A DNA stretch of 57,453 nucleotides from a virus. Its lineage: Duplodnaviria; Caudoviricetes. Below, piece after piece: positions 37,449-47,610 of the stretch. Location of the stretch: IMG/VR virus record IMGVR_UViG_3300031576_000049, positions 1 to 57,453 of that record. One strand, written 5' to 3'. Under the pieces are notes generated by a model. The model was not told the DNA's origin and made no database searches. It saw only the letters and a program-made list of their open reading frames with translations. Position 1 is the first letter of the stretch. Each line of letters begins with the position of its first letter. Made by a program: the position numbers and the translations under genes.

Positions 37449-39593
37449 ATGGCCGCGCCCTTGACCTACCGGCCGGCGGATCCTCACCCCGGCCATGGAC
37501 TGGCGAGGCTGCCTCCGTCACGCGCCGTTGAAGCGTCGCCTGCCGGTCCGCCGTCGGGTGTTGGCCCGCCTTTGAGTTTCGATCCCAAGGATCCTCGCGC
37601 CATGATCGCCGGCGAGTACGGCCGCGCCGTTGATTGGTTCAACCGCTGGGACGCGTCGCTCGCCGACCTGCCCTACCAGGAATTGGAGGAAATGTACCGG
37701 GCCGGATCTGATGCGGCTTGGCAGGAACTCCAGCGCCGGGGCTTCGGTTATACGCCGGAGGAATTCGAGAACATCGTTCGCGAGCAGGAAATCCGCGATC
37801 TCCAACTTACGCCCGAGGAAGCCGGCGCCGCCTACCTGACGCCGGAAGAGTGGGCGGCCATCGAGGGCGATCCAGCCAGGGCGTGGGAATACTATCAGCC
37901 TGAAGTCCTCCGCAGTCTGGACACGGAATCACAGGAACGCCTGCGCCAGATTTTGGGCGTCAGCCGCGAATCCATGGACGAAGTTCTTTCGACCATGACG
38001 GGCCGGTATTATGGCGCCATCCCGGTTGACAAATTAGGCTTGACCGCCCGCTTTCAGGAGAAGTTCCCAGTCACCGACGAAGAAGTCGCCAAAATGGTCG
38101 AAGGTGCCGCCCGCGACGTGCGGATGCGCTACCAGACGGCGATCGACGATATGGTGCGCCGGGCGGCCGCGGCTGGCAATGTCTCGCCAATGGCGGTTGC
38201 CGCCGGCCGGGCGCGACTGGAATCGCAGGCCGCCGCCGACGCCGCCGACGCCATGAATTCAGCCTTAGTTCGCGCCCGCCGGGAGCAGCGTATGGCCGAA
38301 GCTGGGTTGGAGGAAATGCGACTCGGTACCGAACGCGACATCTCCGGCCGGTTGATTGGCGCTGCCCGCGAGTTGGGCGAGGCCGGATTAGGCACAGAAC
38401 GGTTTTTGACGGGCGCCGGCCTGGGGACGGAAGAGAATATCGCCAACCGATCGATGCGGTTAGGTGAATTCTTGCAAACCACCGGCATGGAGCAGGCGCG
38501 CTGGCAGGATGAAACCGAAGTCCGCCGCGCCATGATGTTGGGCATGAACCGCCAGGAAGCCGAGCGGTACGTCCAGGGCCAGCGCTATGGCCGGGGCCTA
38601 CAGGCCACCGAACTCTTGAGCCGCCGGTACCAGACGGCAGCCGACGCCCGCCGACAGGAGGAGACCGCTTTCCGCCAATACCTTCAGCAGCAGGAGCAGT
38701 ATTATGGCAAGCAGTTCGACCAGGCAACCCAGAACCGGCTGCGGGGCGCGGGAATCAGTTTCGACGCCGCCGGCAAGATGGTCGATTCCGCCGCCAACTA
38801 CGATCTGATGCGCCGGTATTTCCCGCAACTTTGGGAACGCATCGCTGGGGCCGTCATCGGGGCCTTGCCGTCGGCCGTGGATCTGATTCGGCGGCGTCGG
38901 CGACGGCCACCGCGTGGAGCGCCGCCTGAAGATGGCGGGACTCAGCCGACAGGGCGAGCGCCAGCGCCGTCAGGCGGTCAGACCCCACCATCAACAACCC
39001 TAGAGGAACCACCTCCATACTTTGATCCCTATGACTACGAGCCGGCACCCTACGAGTTTCCAGAAGGGCCTACCGACATCGACGTAGGCGGCCATCAAGG
39101 GCCGGATGCTTATGAGTTGCCCGGGTATGAACAGCCGGAAATGCCGCCGTATGAGGACGTTACCAGCACGTGGGAGCCTTTGCCGCCAGGTTCGCCCGAC
39201 CCTTGGGAAGGGCCATCCATAGAGCCGGACAACGAGTTCGACTATGAAATACCGTGGAACTACGACTTTGGAACTTCCGAGGGACCCTCATGGACGGGCG
39301 GGGATTACGGCTATTGGGGACCATATGACGGCAATAACCAGCCGCCTGACGAACTTCCCTATGGTTGGTTTGCGCATGGTGGCATCATTACCCGACCGAC
39401 CCTTGCCGTCGTGGGCGAAGCTGGGCCGGAGGCCATTATTCCCCTGGCTAATCCCAGGATAAGCACAGATGATAGTTACGTTGCAGCCCAGCGTGAGCGG
39501 GTTCGGCGACAACCACGGCGGCGGAGGCGGTTTTTTGACGTGAGCGACCGGGTGAATCCAACCTCCGAATCGACCACGCGGTATCTGGATTAG
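37449..39593 (+). CDS. Putative internal virion/ejection protein
   Basis: Helical Ala/Arg/Glu body, acidic Pro/Tyr linker, FAHGGIITRPTLAVVGEAGPEAIIPL motif. Confidence 0.6.
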   Translation: MAAPLTYRPADPHPGHGLARLPPSRAVEASPAGPPSGVGPPLSFDPKDPRAMIAGEYGRAVDWFNRWDASLADLPYQELEEMYRAGSDAAWQELQRRGFGYTPEEFENIVREQEIRDLQLTPEEAGAAYLTPEEWAAIEGDPARAWEYYQPEVLRSLDTESQERLRQILGVSRESMDEVLSTMTGRYYGAIPVDKLGLTARFQEKFPVTDEEVAKMVEGAARDVRMRYQTAIDDMVRRAAAAGNVSPMAVAAGRARLESQAAADAADAMNSALVRARREQRMAEAGLEEMRLGTERDISGRLIGAARELGEAGLGTERFLTGAGLGTEENIANRSMRLGEFLQTTGMEQARWQDETEVRRAMMLGMNRQEAERYVQGQRYGRGLQATELLSRRYQTAADARRQEETAFRQYLQQQEQYYGKQFDQATQNRLRGAGISFDAAGKMVDSAANYDLMRRYFPQLWERIAGAVIGALPSAVDLIRRRRRRPPRGAPPEDGGTQPTGRAPAPSGGQTPPSTTLEEPPPYFDPYDYEPAPYEFPEGPTDIDVGGHQGPDAYELPGYEQPEMPPYEDVTSTWEPLPPGSPDPWEGPSIEPDNEFDYEIPWNYDFGTSEGPSWTGGDYGYWGPYDGNNQPPDELPYGWFAHGGIITRPTLAVVGEAGPEAIIPLANPRISTDDSYVAAQRERVRRQPRRRRRFFDVSDRVNPTSESTTRYLD

Positions 39594-39734
39594 GCAGGCC
39601 GCGCCAGAATGCCTGATGAAGGCCTCCAACGCCACGCAGGAACGCATTCCAGGGGCTTGCCTATGGTTTGGGCTGGCGATCTGGGGCGCGGACGCTTCCA
39701 AGGCTAATGGCGGTGACATGATGGTGGTGACACG

Positions 39735-41267
39735 ATGGCGGTGATGCGATTTCGGCCGCCTTACCAGCGGCGGCGCGGCTACGGCGTCGCCTCCCCAGCT
39801 GCCTACGCCCTAGACCGCTTTGGTCTTGAGATTCCCGAGGAAGAGCCGGTCCCGATTTCGCCGGAATCGTCCCTGGAAGAGTCCATCGAACTGGAGCCGG
39901 GCTACGCCACCACAGCGTCGGCCCTGGGCGTCGAGGCTCTGCCGTCCGAGCAGTGGGAACGTGAATTGGGCCTGCCGCCAGGCTCGTTGGCCACGACCGG
40001 AGCCTACCGTCAGGCTCTTCGGCGTCCGCCTCAACCACCGGATCCTTCCCTGGGCCGTCGGCTGGCGGCCTTAGGCGTCGGTGCCCTGGGCGGATTTATG
40101 GCCAGCGGCCCGGGGGCCTTGCCGCCTGAAGCCTTGGCCCGCGCCGAAGAGGGTATTCTCTATGGCGACTACCCGGCTGAGGTCAGCCGGTATGAACGTG
40201 GGCTGGAAGCGGCGCGTCAGGGCGCGCAACTGGAATCCGGCATGGCCCAGGATGTATTGCGGGCTAAGGAGGCCCAGGAACGTCGGGCGGAAACCGAGCG
40301 CTGGCATAAAACGCAAGAAGAATTGCGGCGACAGACGTTGGAAGACGCCGAACGCACTAGACGGGAACGCGCATTGGCGGAAGTGACGCGTCTCGGCGGC
40401 GAGCCCGCCCGATTCGACCGCGTCCTTCAGCCAGCGGCGCCATCTGAACTGGGCCGACCAACCTTCCGGCTTGGCGTCGAGCCATATATGCCGGAGGGCT
40501 CACGCCTTCAGACGGTCCCTGGCGTGGCGGGCGAAGAGGCACAGGCCTTCCGCATTCCGTCGGAAGAGGAACTGGCAAGCCGCAAGGAAGAACGCGAAAA
40601 AATCGACGTGCCTCTGGCGATGCAGAAGGAATACGGGCTGCCGCCACGGGCCTATCCGGCGATCGTCCAGGCGGCGACCGCCGGAGGACGCGCCGAAAAG
40701 GGTTTGGACTACTGGATCGCGCGGTGGACTGCAAATCCGGCCGATCCTGAAGCGAAACGCGCCTTGGCGAAGCATATTGAGGTGCGCCGAGCCGAGCGCG
40801 GAGAATCGCCGGCGACACGCGAGCGGCGATTGGATTCGATCATCAAGGCCAAGAATCTCGCCTTCCGCCAAGCCGTTTCCGCGGCGCAAAAAGAGTTGCG
40901 CGCGCCGTTGGGTAAGACCGCGGATGAGACGCGCGCCGCTCTGCTCTGGCAGTTTCAGGGCGCGCAAAACGAATTCGAGCAACGCCTGCAAGAGGCTGTG
41001 GATCATCCGGTGCCGCACTTTGAGTGGCGGTTGGAGGACTTACCGATCAACGCTGAGGGCAAGTTCGTTTCAACGCCCGCCGCCGAAGGTCAGATGCCGG
41101 CAACGGGAGTCGCCGCGCCGCCGTCGCCGGGGATTTCGGCCCCGGCTGCTCGGCCAGCCCTCCGCCCGGTTGCGGGTGGAAAGTCGCTGGCCGGCTACGA
41201 GCGTAGCCTTGGCCGCAAGATGACACCCGAGGAAGAGCGCAACGCGCGAGCTCGTGGGTTGCGCTAA
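39735..41267 (+). CDS. Putative internal virion/ejection protein
   Basis: Gly/Ala hydrophobic segment plus coiled coil. Confidence 0.55.
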   Translation: MAVMRFRPPYQRRRGYGVASPAAYALDRFGLEIPEEEPVPISPESSLEESIELEPGYATTASALGVEALPSEQWERELGLPPGSLATTGAYRQALRRPPQPPDPSLGRRLAALGVGALGGFMASGPGALPPEALARAEEGILYGDYPAEVSRYERGLEAARQGAQLESGMAQDVLRAKEAQERRAETERWHKTQEELRRQTLEDAERTRRERALAEVTRLGGEPARFDRVLQPAAPSELGRPTFRLGVEPYMPEGSRLQTVPGVAGEEAQAFRIPSEEELASRKEEREKIDVPLAMQKEYGLPPRAYPAIVQAATAGGRAEKGLDYWIARWTANPADPEAKRALAKHIEVRRAERGESPATRERRLDSIIKAKNLAFRQAVSAAQKELRAPLGKTADETRAALLWQFQGAQNEFEQRLQEAVDHPVPHFEWRLEDLPINAEGKFVSTPAAEGQMPATGVAAPPSPGISAPAARPALRPVAGGKSLAGYERSLGRKMTPEEERNARARGLR

Positions 41268-44155
41268 TGGCTGCCGTCGCGCCTGGCCACGATTCGCTCG
41301 AAGCGTACCTTCAATCGCCAGAACCATCAGAGCCAGCCGATTTACTCGAAGCGTACCTAAACACGCCCGAGCCGGCGGAGTCGCCATCAATCTGGACGGC
41401 CCCCGGCCGGACGGCGGTCCCTGGCTTCGGCGGCTTGGCCCCGCCGCCCGCCGCTTCTGAGCGGCTACTTGAGGAATTTACTCCTATCGGCGGCGTGCCG
41501 CAGATGTGGCGAGGCGTGACCGAGCCGGGGCTGAGCCTGCCACGCCGGATTACCGAAGTTGGTACAGGCTTGGCCAAATCCCTGACGCCGTTGGCTCTGC
41601 CAGCCCTCGCCGTTGCACCCCTGGCGACGGCCACCGGTCTGGGCGTAGGCGCGGCCGCCATGTGGGGGACCAAGAAGGCGCTCGAAATGGCCGGCGCCAC
41701 GCCAGAGTGGGCCGAGGCTGGCGGCGTCTTGGCTGGTTTCGGTCTGCCAGCCGCTGGCGGCATGGCCCTACGGACCGGCGCTGGCCAGCGTGCCCTGGGC
41801 GGGTTGCGCTCGATCTTCCGGCGGCCGCCGCCGGTTGAGGAGGCGCCGTTCTTCGACCTGCCGGAACCATCACCGGAACCGCCGCCGCCGTCTCGTTACG
41901 AAGTACTGACGACCGCCCGCAGGCAGCTAGGACCGGTGGCTGAGACTATTCCGGCCCGCGTATTGGGCGTGGAGACGCCGGAATCCTTGGCCGCCGAACA
42001 ACTAGGGCCGCTCGGCCTGACTGTGTCGCGCCGCCTGTTGCCGCCAGACCGCCGGCCGTCGGCTATGCCTGAACGACCGTTGGCGGTGGAACTGCCGACG
42101 CGGCTGCCGGAGGCTACCCCACCAGCCGCGCCCATCTCGGCGGCGTTGGGCAAAGACCTGTCGCCGGAAATGCTGGCGAAGCTGGCGCCAACCGAGCGCG
42201 AGGGCATCATGGAGCGGCTGGCCATGTCGATCGAGAGCGATCCTGGCGAAATACCGCACCTGCCGACCATGCTCGATCAGTACGGTCTGACGAATGTAGA
42301 GATGGCGCGGTGGCTCCGGCAAAAACGCACCGACTCCGCACGGTTCATCGGTTATTGGGGCCACATCAGTCGCCGGGTGATGCGGTTGAAGGAATTCCGC
42401 GAGCCGGCGGTCATGGAAGTCTTGGGCGAGCCGGGGACGGAGGCCGCCGCCGCCGCCGACAGCTTCTGGTGGACGAATTGGGACCGGGCGCTTTGGGCGT
42501 TGCAATTCCGCAAGACCCATTTGGTCGCCCAGTGGACGACGATGGCGCGAAACTCCATTGACGCCGCCGGCTACCAAGGGCTGCATCTGATCGAGGATGC
42601 GTTGGACGGCATAGTTAAGACGGGCCGGGGAATGCCGCGGGAGGCCGCCTTCGCCCGCGCCCACGACGATGTGATGGCAATTGGCCGGGCCCTGCGCCTC
42701 CGAAACCTGGAGCAGGCACACCAGATTCTCGCCGACATGCCGCTTGAGCAGCGTCGGCTGTTCGGAACGCCCATGGCCGATTTAGTGACGCTGACAGGCG
42801 AGGGTGCGTCTGCTGGCCAAAAGGCGTTGCGCCAGTATGTGCGCGTCCTGCAAATGTGGAACCGACCGGCGGAGGAAATGTTCCGACGGCTCTCCTTCGA
42901 CTCCGAACTGCGATCCCTCCTGGGCGAGGCTGGCTACAAGACCGAAGGTCTGATGCCGCAGGATTGGAACATACCGAAAGATGTGTTGGCCGAGATGACG
43001 CCGAAAGCCGTCGATCACGCCTTGACGATGACGCGGGCGGCTGACCCCGCCGGACGATTCTCCAAGGCTATCGTTCAACTCTTTCGCCGGTTTCCTTTGT
43101 TCGAGATGGTCCAGCCTTTCCCTCGCTATTATTACGGCAACGCCTGGAAATTCATGTTCGATTACTCCCCAGCTGGCTTCCTTAACAAAGCGGCGCAGCA
43201 GGCCTTTCGCACCGGCAAGGACCATCGGCCGATCATCCGCGCCATGGAGGGCACCGCCGCCCTGATATGGGCGACTGCCTACCGTTACCAGGACGGTGCG
43301 CCTGCTGACTGGTATAAAGTCAGGCTGCCTGGCGCTCTGCCTTTGGTCGGTGGCAAGGAAGTAGACATACGGCCCTTCGCGCCGGTTCCGGCGGCGTACC
43401 TGTTTCTGGGCGAGGCGCTTGCCGGCGTCATCCGAGGCGAACAGCGCCTTACCTCACGAGACGTTCTGATGGCGGCCCTGGGCATGAACCGCCTTGCCGG
43501 GTCCGGCCTGGCCATTGTAGACGCCATGCTGGATGCACAGAACGACGAGCGCCGCCTGTGGAATACCATCAAATACGTTGGCGGCAGCCTAGTCGGCGGT
43601 TTCACCGTGCCGTTCCGCCAGATCAAGGATCTGGTCGCGGCCGGCGCGCCGGAAGAACGGATCTATCGTGACGTGCGCGGCCGGGAATTCCTCGGCCCGT
43701 CGATGCAGAATATCCCGTTTGTCAGCCAGATTCTTCCGCCAAAGCCAGCCGTGGTGGCCCCGGGCATGATTGGCGAACACACGCCGGCGTGGCAGCCGCT
43801 GGTCGGGCAATTGACCGGCTTCCGGTTCCGGGAGCCGCCGTCTACGCCAGCCGAGGAAGAATTTCGCCGGTTGAATGTGCCGTTCGGCTCCATCAAACCG
43901 CCGTCGAGCGGGCGGCCGGAGATCGACCGTCGGGCCGAGGAAATGCTTGGCGAATACTTAGGACCGCAGATCGCTGAGATCATCAGCCGTCCGGCCTATC
44001 AGGAGATGGACGATGCCGGTCGTAAGGACTGGCTGCTCAAGATTCTTGGCCGGATGCGTTCGGCGGCAGCCCAGCAGGCGCTAGCCGAGGCTGGTCAACG
44101 CCGGGCGACGCGGCTGGAGCGGCTGCGTACTGACGAACGCCTTTTTCCTCGTTGA
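41267..44155 (+). CDS. Putative large ejection protein
   Basis: 962 aa, last gene of the structural block, Gly-rich membrane-like segments. Confidence 0.6.
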   Translation: MAAVAPGHDSLEAYLQSPEPSEPADLLEAYLNTPEPAESPSIWTAPGRTAVPGFGGLAPPPAASERLLEEFTPIGGVPQMWRGVTEPGLSLPRRITEVGTGLAKSLTPLALPALAVAPLATATGLGVGAAAMWGTKKALEMAGATPEWAEAGGVLAGFGLPAAGGMALRTGAGQRALGGLRSIFRRPPPVEEAPFFDLPEPSPEPPPPSRYEVLTTARRQLGPVAETIPARVLGVETPESLAAEQLGPLGLTVSRRLLPPDRRPSAMPERPLAVELPTRLPEATPPAAPISAALGKDLSPEMLAKLAPTEREGIMERLAMSIESDPGEIPHLPTMLDQYGLTNVEMARWLRQKRTDSARFIGYWGHISRRVMRLKEFREPAVMEVLGEPGTEAAAAADSFWWTNWDRALWALQFRKTHLVAQWTTMARNSIDAAGYQGLHLIEDALDGIVKTGRGMPREAAFARAHDDVMAIGRALRLRNLEQAHQILADMPLEQRRLFGTPMADLVTLTGEGASAGQKALRQYVRVLQMWNRPAEEMFRRLSFDSELRSLLGEAGYKTEGLMPQDWNIPKDVLAEMTPKAVDHALTMTRAADPAGRFSKAIVQLFRRFPLFEMVQPFPRYYYGNAWKFMFDYSPAGFLNKAAQQAFRTGKDHRPIIRAMEGTAALIWATAYRYQDGAPADWYKVRLPGALPLVGGKEVDIRPFAPVPAAYLFLGEALAGVIRGEQRLTSRDVLMAALGMNRLAGSGLAIVDAMLDAQNDERRLWNTIKYVGGSLVGGFTVPFRQIKDLVAAGAPEERIYRDVRGREFLGPSMQNIPFVSQILPPKPAVVAPGMIGEHTPAWQPLVGQLTGFRFREPPSTPAEEEFRRLNVPFGSIKPPSSGRPEIDRRAEEMLGEYLGPQIAEIISRPAYQEMDDAGRKDWLLKILGRMRSAAAQQALAEAGQRRATRLERLRTDERLFPR

Positions 44156-44631
44156 CGGCTGGCGCGTCGCTTGTCTGTCCCCTCCGTCGCGATGAAGAAG
44201 TTGATTCTGCGGACCGCGTTTTCTGCATACCTTTTGGTTCCCGGCCGCGCCATTGATTGAAACTTCGTAGGCCAAAGCGGCTTAAGAAATAGCCTCTGGC
44301 TTTGTTCAGGGGCAAGACCCAAAATCCGCTCCGCCTCCCTCGCGAAATTTCCATATACCGGTGCCGATGCCGCTACCGCTGGCTCCAGAAGGACCATGTG
44401 CCCTGCAATGCAAGCGGCTACGCCGCACGGGGGGAATCTTCGCGGTAATCCGTGTTCTGCAAGCGTCGAAACGGGAGTGGAATCGGCGAGGAGCCACACT
44501 TTTCTGTTTTCTATCCTGCCGATCTTTACAAACCAAAATTTCATTTCAAAGGATGCAGGCTCCTTTAAAATACTCTTGCTAACCCTCCGCAGAATTTGTT
44601 TGGCTTCGATGGACAGCGATTGTTTTTCCAC
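44095..44631 (-). CDS. Hypothetical protein, CGxxACxAG family copy 3
   Basis: ILRRVSKSILKEP...CGVAACIAGH...LWPTKF; GTG start after GGAGGG. Confidence 0.75.
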   Translation of the reverse strand: MEKQSLSIEAKQILRRVSKSILKEPASFEMKFWFVKIGRIENRKVWLLADSTPVSTLAEHGLPRRFPPCGVAACIAGHMVLLEPAVAASAPVYGNFAREAERILGLAPEQSQRLFLKPLWPTKFQSMARPGTKRYAENAVRRINFFIATEGTDKRRASRQRGKRRSSVRSRSSRVARR

Positions 44632-44651
44632 AGACTTTCCCTCCGTTAAAC

Positions 44652-47414
44652 TTATCGTACTGCGCTCATCTCGGCCCAGTTTGACCCGGTCTTCACGCCC
44701 ACGGCGCACCATAAACCACCAGGCGCGATCACCGGGTCAATAAGCGTTGGGTTCGGTGCTTCCATCGCCGCCTTGATCGTCGATGCCGCCTCTTCCGCCA
44801 GGGGTGCTAGGCACTCGAAAACCAAACTGTCGTGAACGTCGTTAATCAGGCTGGCGCGCTCGGTCCACCCCTCGGCCGCCAGCTTCAGCATGGCGTCCTT
44901 CTTGATGCCGAAGGCGTCATTCGCCGGCAGAAACGCGATCGCCGCCTCGGAGTCGTCGCCAAACTCGGTTCGGCCCGACGCCGGTTCGTGGTGAATCACG
45001 TCCCAGAACCAGCGGATGTACCCGAAGCGCGAGGTCAGATAACCTTGCCGATGAGCGACGCGCCGGATCTGGTCGCGCCACGCCGCTGTTCGTGGAAACA
45101 GGCCGTCCAACATGTCGATGGTCGCTTTAGCTTCTTTCGGCGAGCTGAAAGACTCGCGGTTCATGTCATAGAGCTTTCGAGCGCCCATGCCAAAGCCATA
45201 GCCGAGAACGGCGCGCTTCGCCCGGTAGTCGCGGATGAATCCCCAGCACCGACCCTCGTGTTTCTCCGCGTTTGAGTGCCTGCAATCTCCGCCGCACGAG
45301 CGGATCCACTCCAGGCGGTCGCCCAAATCGTCGTCCCCGAGGTCGAGCGCGACCGGCTGGCCGATGAGGTGCGCCGTCAGAAAGCTATGGATGTCGAGCC
45401 TCGCTAGGCGCATGTAGTCGGCGTCCTGCGCCTCGAAGCCCAGGGTCAGCGCGTGGAAGCTTTTGTAGTCAAACTCCAATAGAATATAACCAGGCCGAGC
45501 CTCGATTATCCGCCGGAAGGAGCTGGCCAACCGAGTGTGGTGCGGCGCGTTCTGGACGTTGGGATCGCGCGAGGAAAACTGGCCGGTGCCAGGCGCAAAG
45601 TAGAAAGTCGAATGCACGCGGCCGTCACGCCCTGGGCGCCAGCCCTCTAGAAACGTGCCCTTCATCGTGCCGAATTCGCGGTCTTCTAGGATCAGGCCGT
45701 AAAACGGATCGCTGGTCTTGCGCGCGAGACGTTCTAACTCAGTTTTCGCCGTGGTGACGGTGCCGTCCCGCATCCTGGGCGTCGGGTGGCCACGGTGGCT
45801 GATGTAGGCCAAAACCTGCTGCCAACTCTCGGGGTTGAATGGCTCCAAACGCACCCAACGCCGACGGTTGCCGAGATCAGCGAGGAGATCCATATTTGTC
45901 GCTGGCCTTGGAAAATTCCGCAACTTGTAGACCACCCCAGCGGGCGATTCTATGCGTTCGACCGCCGGGTTGGCGATCACAGCCTGGCGGACGATGGCCG
46001 GCGGCCGGTCGTAGCCTTCCGGCTTGTGAACATGGCGGCACTCGTCAGGCGCGCAGGCCGTAATCTCCGCCCTGACGACGGCCTGGCGCTCGTCGATTTC
46101 ACCGGCGAAAATTGTGTGGCGCTCAATGCTGACGGGAATGCCTCGCACCGACATGCGGTCCAGTTCCGGCGCCAATCCGACGATGTGCCGCTCGTATGCG
46201 GCGTACAAGCCCCGCCGCCGGAGATCGTCGAAGATCCGGCGGGCGATCCAGTGCAGCACATCCACATCGCAGATCCCATACCGCTCGGGGTAGGATCCGC
46301 GCCAATGCTTCCACGGGAACGGAAAGCCGTAGAAGGATGCGGCGAACTGCAAGCGCGCCGGAATGTCTGGCTGGAGGTGGTGGAAGGCCTCCCAGAGATC
46401 GTCGGAACGCCCGACGATGTCAAAGCCCTGGACGCGCAGCCGGGGATTGTCATTCCGGCGGCCGAACCAGGTGTATTTCGGGTTGGGCAGGGCTAGAATC
46501 CGTCGCGCAATCTCAATATACTCGCCAGACCAAGGCAGGTAGATGCCGGTGCAGGGACGGAGCGAGAATTGAATGCTATAGATCACATCCTCCGTCAGGA
46601 CGCTTTGAACGACGGTGTCATCATCCGGCGTCTCCGTCGCCCGAGGATGCTCTAGGTCGAAGGCGAGCGGCGTCTCCGGCGCGGCCTCGACCTCCCTGAG
46701 GAATGAACGAGCATCGTCGAGCGATGGGCGCTCCACGCAGTTGGTGAAGTACGTGCTGCCTTCAGGGTGTAGAATATAATCGGCGGCGGTTCCGGCGGCG
46801 ACCTGCACGGCGAATTGCAGATCCCGAATCATCACGCCCAGCAGGCTCATGCCGCCTCCCCCTGCTGCCGACGGCGTCTTGGCACCGGTCTCAGCGTCTT
46901 TCCGACGCGACCCCCGGCGCAGGTAGGAGGGATGGAACGTCGGTATGATCGGGCCAAACTCGCTGGGCAATACGTAGCCGCGCAGGTCGCTGACCTTGCG
47001 GTCGGGCCCACTCATGCCGGTGAGCGCCTTTAGCGCCACGTTGCCCAGGGCGAGGATCGCTTTCGGCTTGAACTCTTCGACAACTCGGCGGAAGTGGACA
47101 CGGCAATGCCAGATCGCTTCCTCCTCGTAGGATTCGCCCTCTAATTGATTGCCCGGCGGCTGACAGGCGACCACATTCCAGAGACGGAAGTGGTCACGGC
47201 CGAACCCGGCCCGCCGGAAGGCTCGCTCCAACACCGATCCAGCCTCGGCGTAGGGCCTGAAGGGCAGGCCGTCGCGACGCTCGTTCAGGCCTAACGCTTC
47301 GCCGACCACCAGCACCCCAGTGGTGCCTAAGCCATCAGGCTGGCTGAACCCATTGGGATCGAGGTCGAATAGGGGACAACCATAACATTCAGCTGGTTTG
47401 GGCAAGACCGCCAT
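44652..47414 (-). CDS. polA: Family A DNA polymerase with N-terminal family-4 uracil-DNA glycosylase and a 3'-5' exonuclease domain
   Basis: UDG: CYGCPL, VGEALG, NVVACQPPGN, FHPSYL. Exonuclease: AFDLE, YGICD. Polymerase: FDYKSFH, AKRAVLGYGFG, VHDSLVFE. Confidence 0.92.
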   Translation of the reverse strand: MAVLPKPAECYGCPLFDLDPNGFSQPDGLGTTGVLVVGEALGLNERRDGLPFRPYAEAGSVLERAFRRAGFGRDHFRLWNVVACQPPGNQLEGESYEEEAIWHCRVHFRRVVEEFKPKAILALGNVALKALTGMSGPDRKVSDLRGYVLPSEFGPIIPTFHPSYLRRGSRRKDAETGAKTPSAAGGGGMSLLGVMIRDLQFAVQVAAGTAADYILHPEGSTYFTNCVERPSLDDARSFLREVEAAPETPLAFDLEHPRATETPDDDTVVQSVLTEDVIYSIQFSLRPCTGIYLPWSGEYIEIARRILALPNPKYTWFGRRNDNPRLRVQGFDIVGRSDDLWEAFHHLQPDIPARLQFAASFYGFPFPWKHWRGSYPERYGICDVDVLHWIARRIFDDLRRRGLYAAYERHIVGLAPELDRMSVRGIPVSIERHTIFAGEIDERQAVVRAEITACAPDECRHVHKPEGYDRPPAIVRQAVIANPAVERIESPAGVVYKLRNFPRPATNMDLLADLGNRRRWVRLEPFNPESWQQVLAYISHRGHPTPRMRDGTVTTAKTELERLARKTSDPFYGLILEDREFGTMKGTFLEGWRPGRDGRVHSTFYFAPGTGQFSSRDPNVQNAPHHTRLASSFRRIIEARPGYILLEFDYKSFHALTLGFEAQDADYMRLARLDIHSFLTAHLIGQPVALDLGDDDLGDRLEWIRSCGGDCRHSNAEKHEGRCWGFIRDYRAKRAVLGYGFGMGARKLYDMNRESFSSPKEAKATIDMLDGLFPRTAAWRDQIRRVAHRQGYLTSRFGYIRWFWDVIHHEPASGRTEFGDDSEAAIAFLPANDAFGIKKDAMLKLAAEGWTERASLINDVHDSLVFECLAPLAEEAASTIKAAMEAPNPTLIDPVIAPGGLWCAVGVKTGSNWAEMSAVR

Positions 47415-47595
47415 CGTCCTGTTCTCCGCGGACTTTGGTCAGTGGTCGGTCACGTGGTCGGTCAGGTGGGCTTGGGCCTGCACGGCGGGCGGCCATCTCG
47501 GCCTTCACGACATTTAACATAGCCTCGGCCACCGGCAGGTCCACTGCGCGGAAGTAAGCCAAGACCCTTCCTTCCTCCGTTCTGCGTTTTGCCAC
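47389..47595 (-). CDS. Hypothetical protein
   Basis: 68-aa ORF with GAGGTG RBS. Confidence 0.55.
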   Translation of the reverse strand: MAKRRTEEGRVLAYFRAVDLPVAEAMLNVVKAEMAARRAGPSPPDRPRDRPLTKVRGEQDDGGLAQTS

Positions 47596-47610
47596 AGATC
47601 ACCTCGCCCG

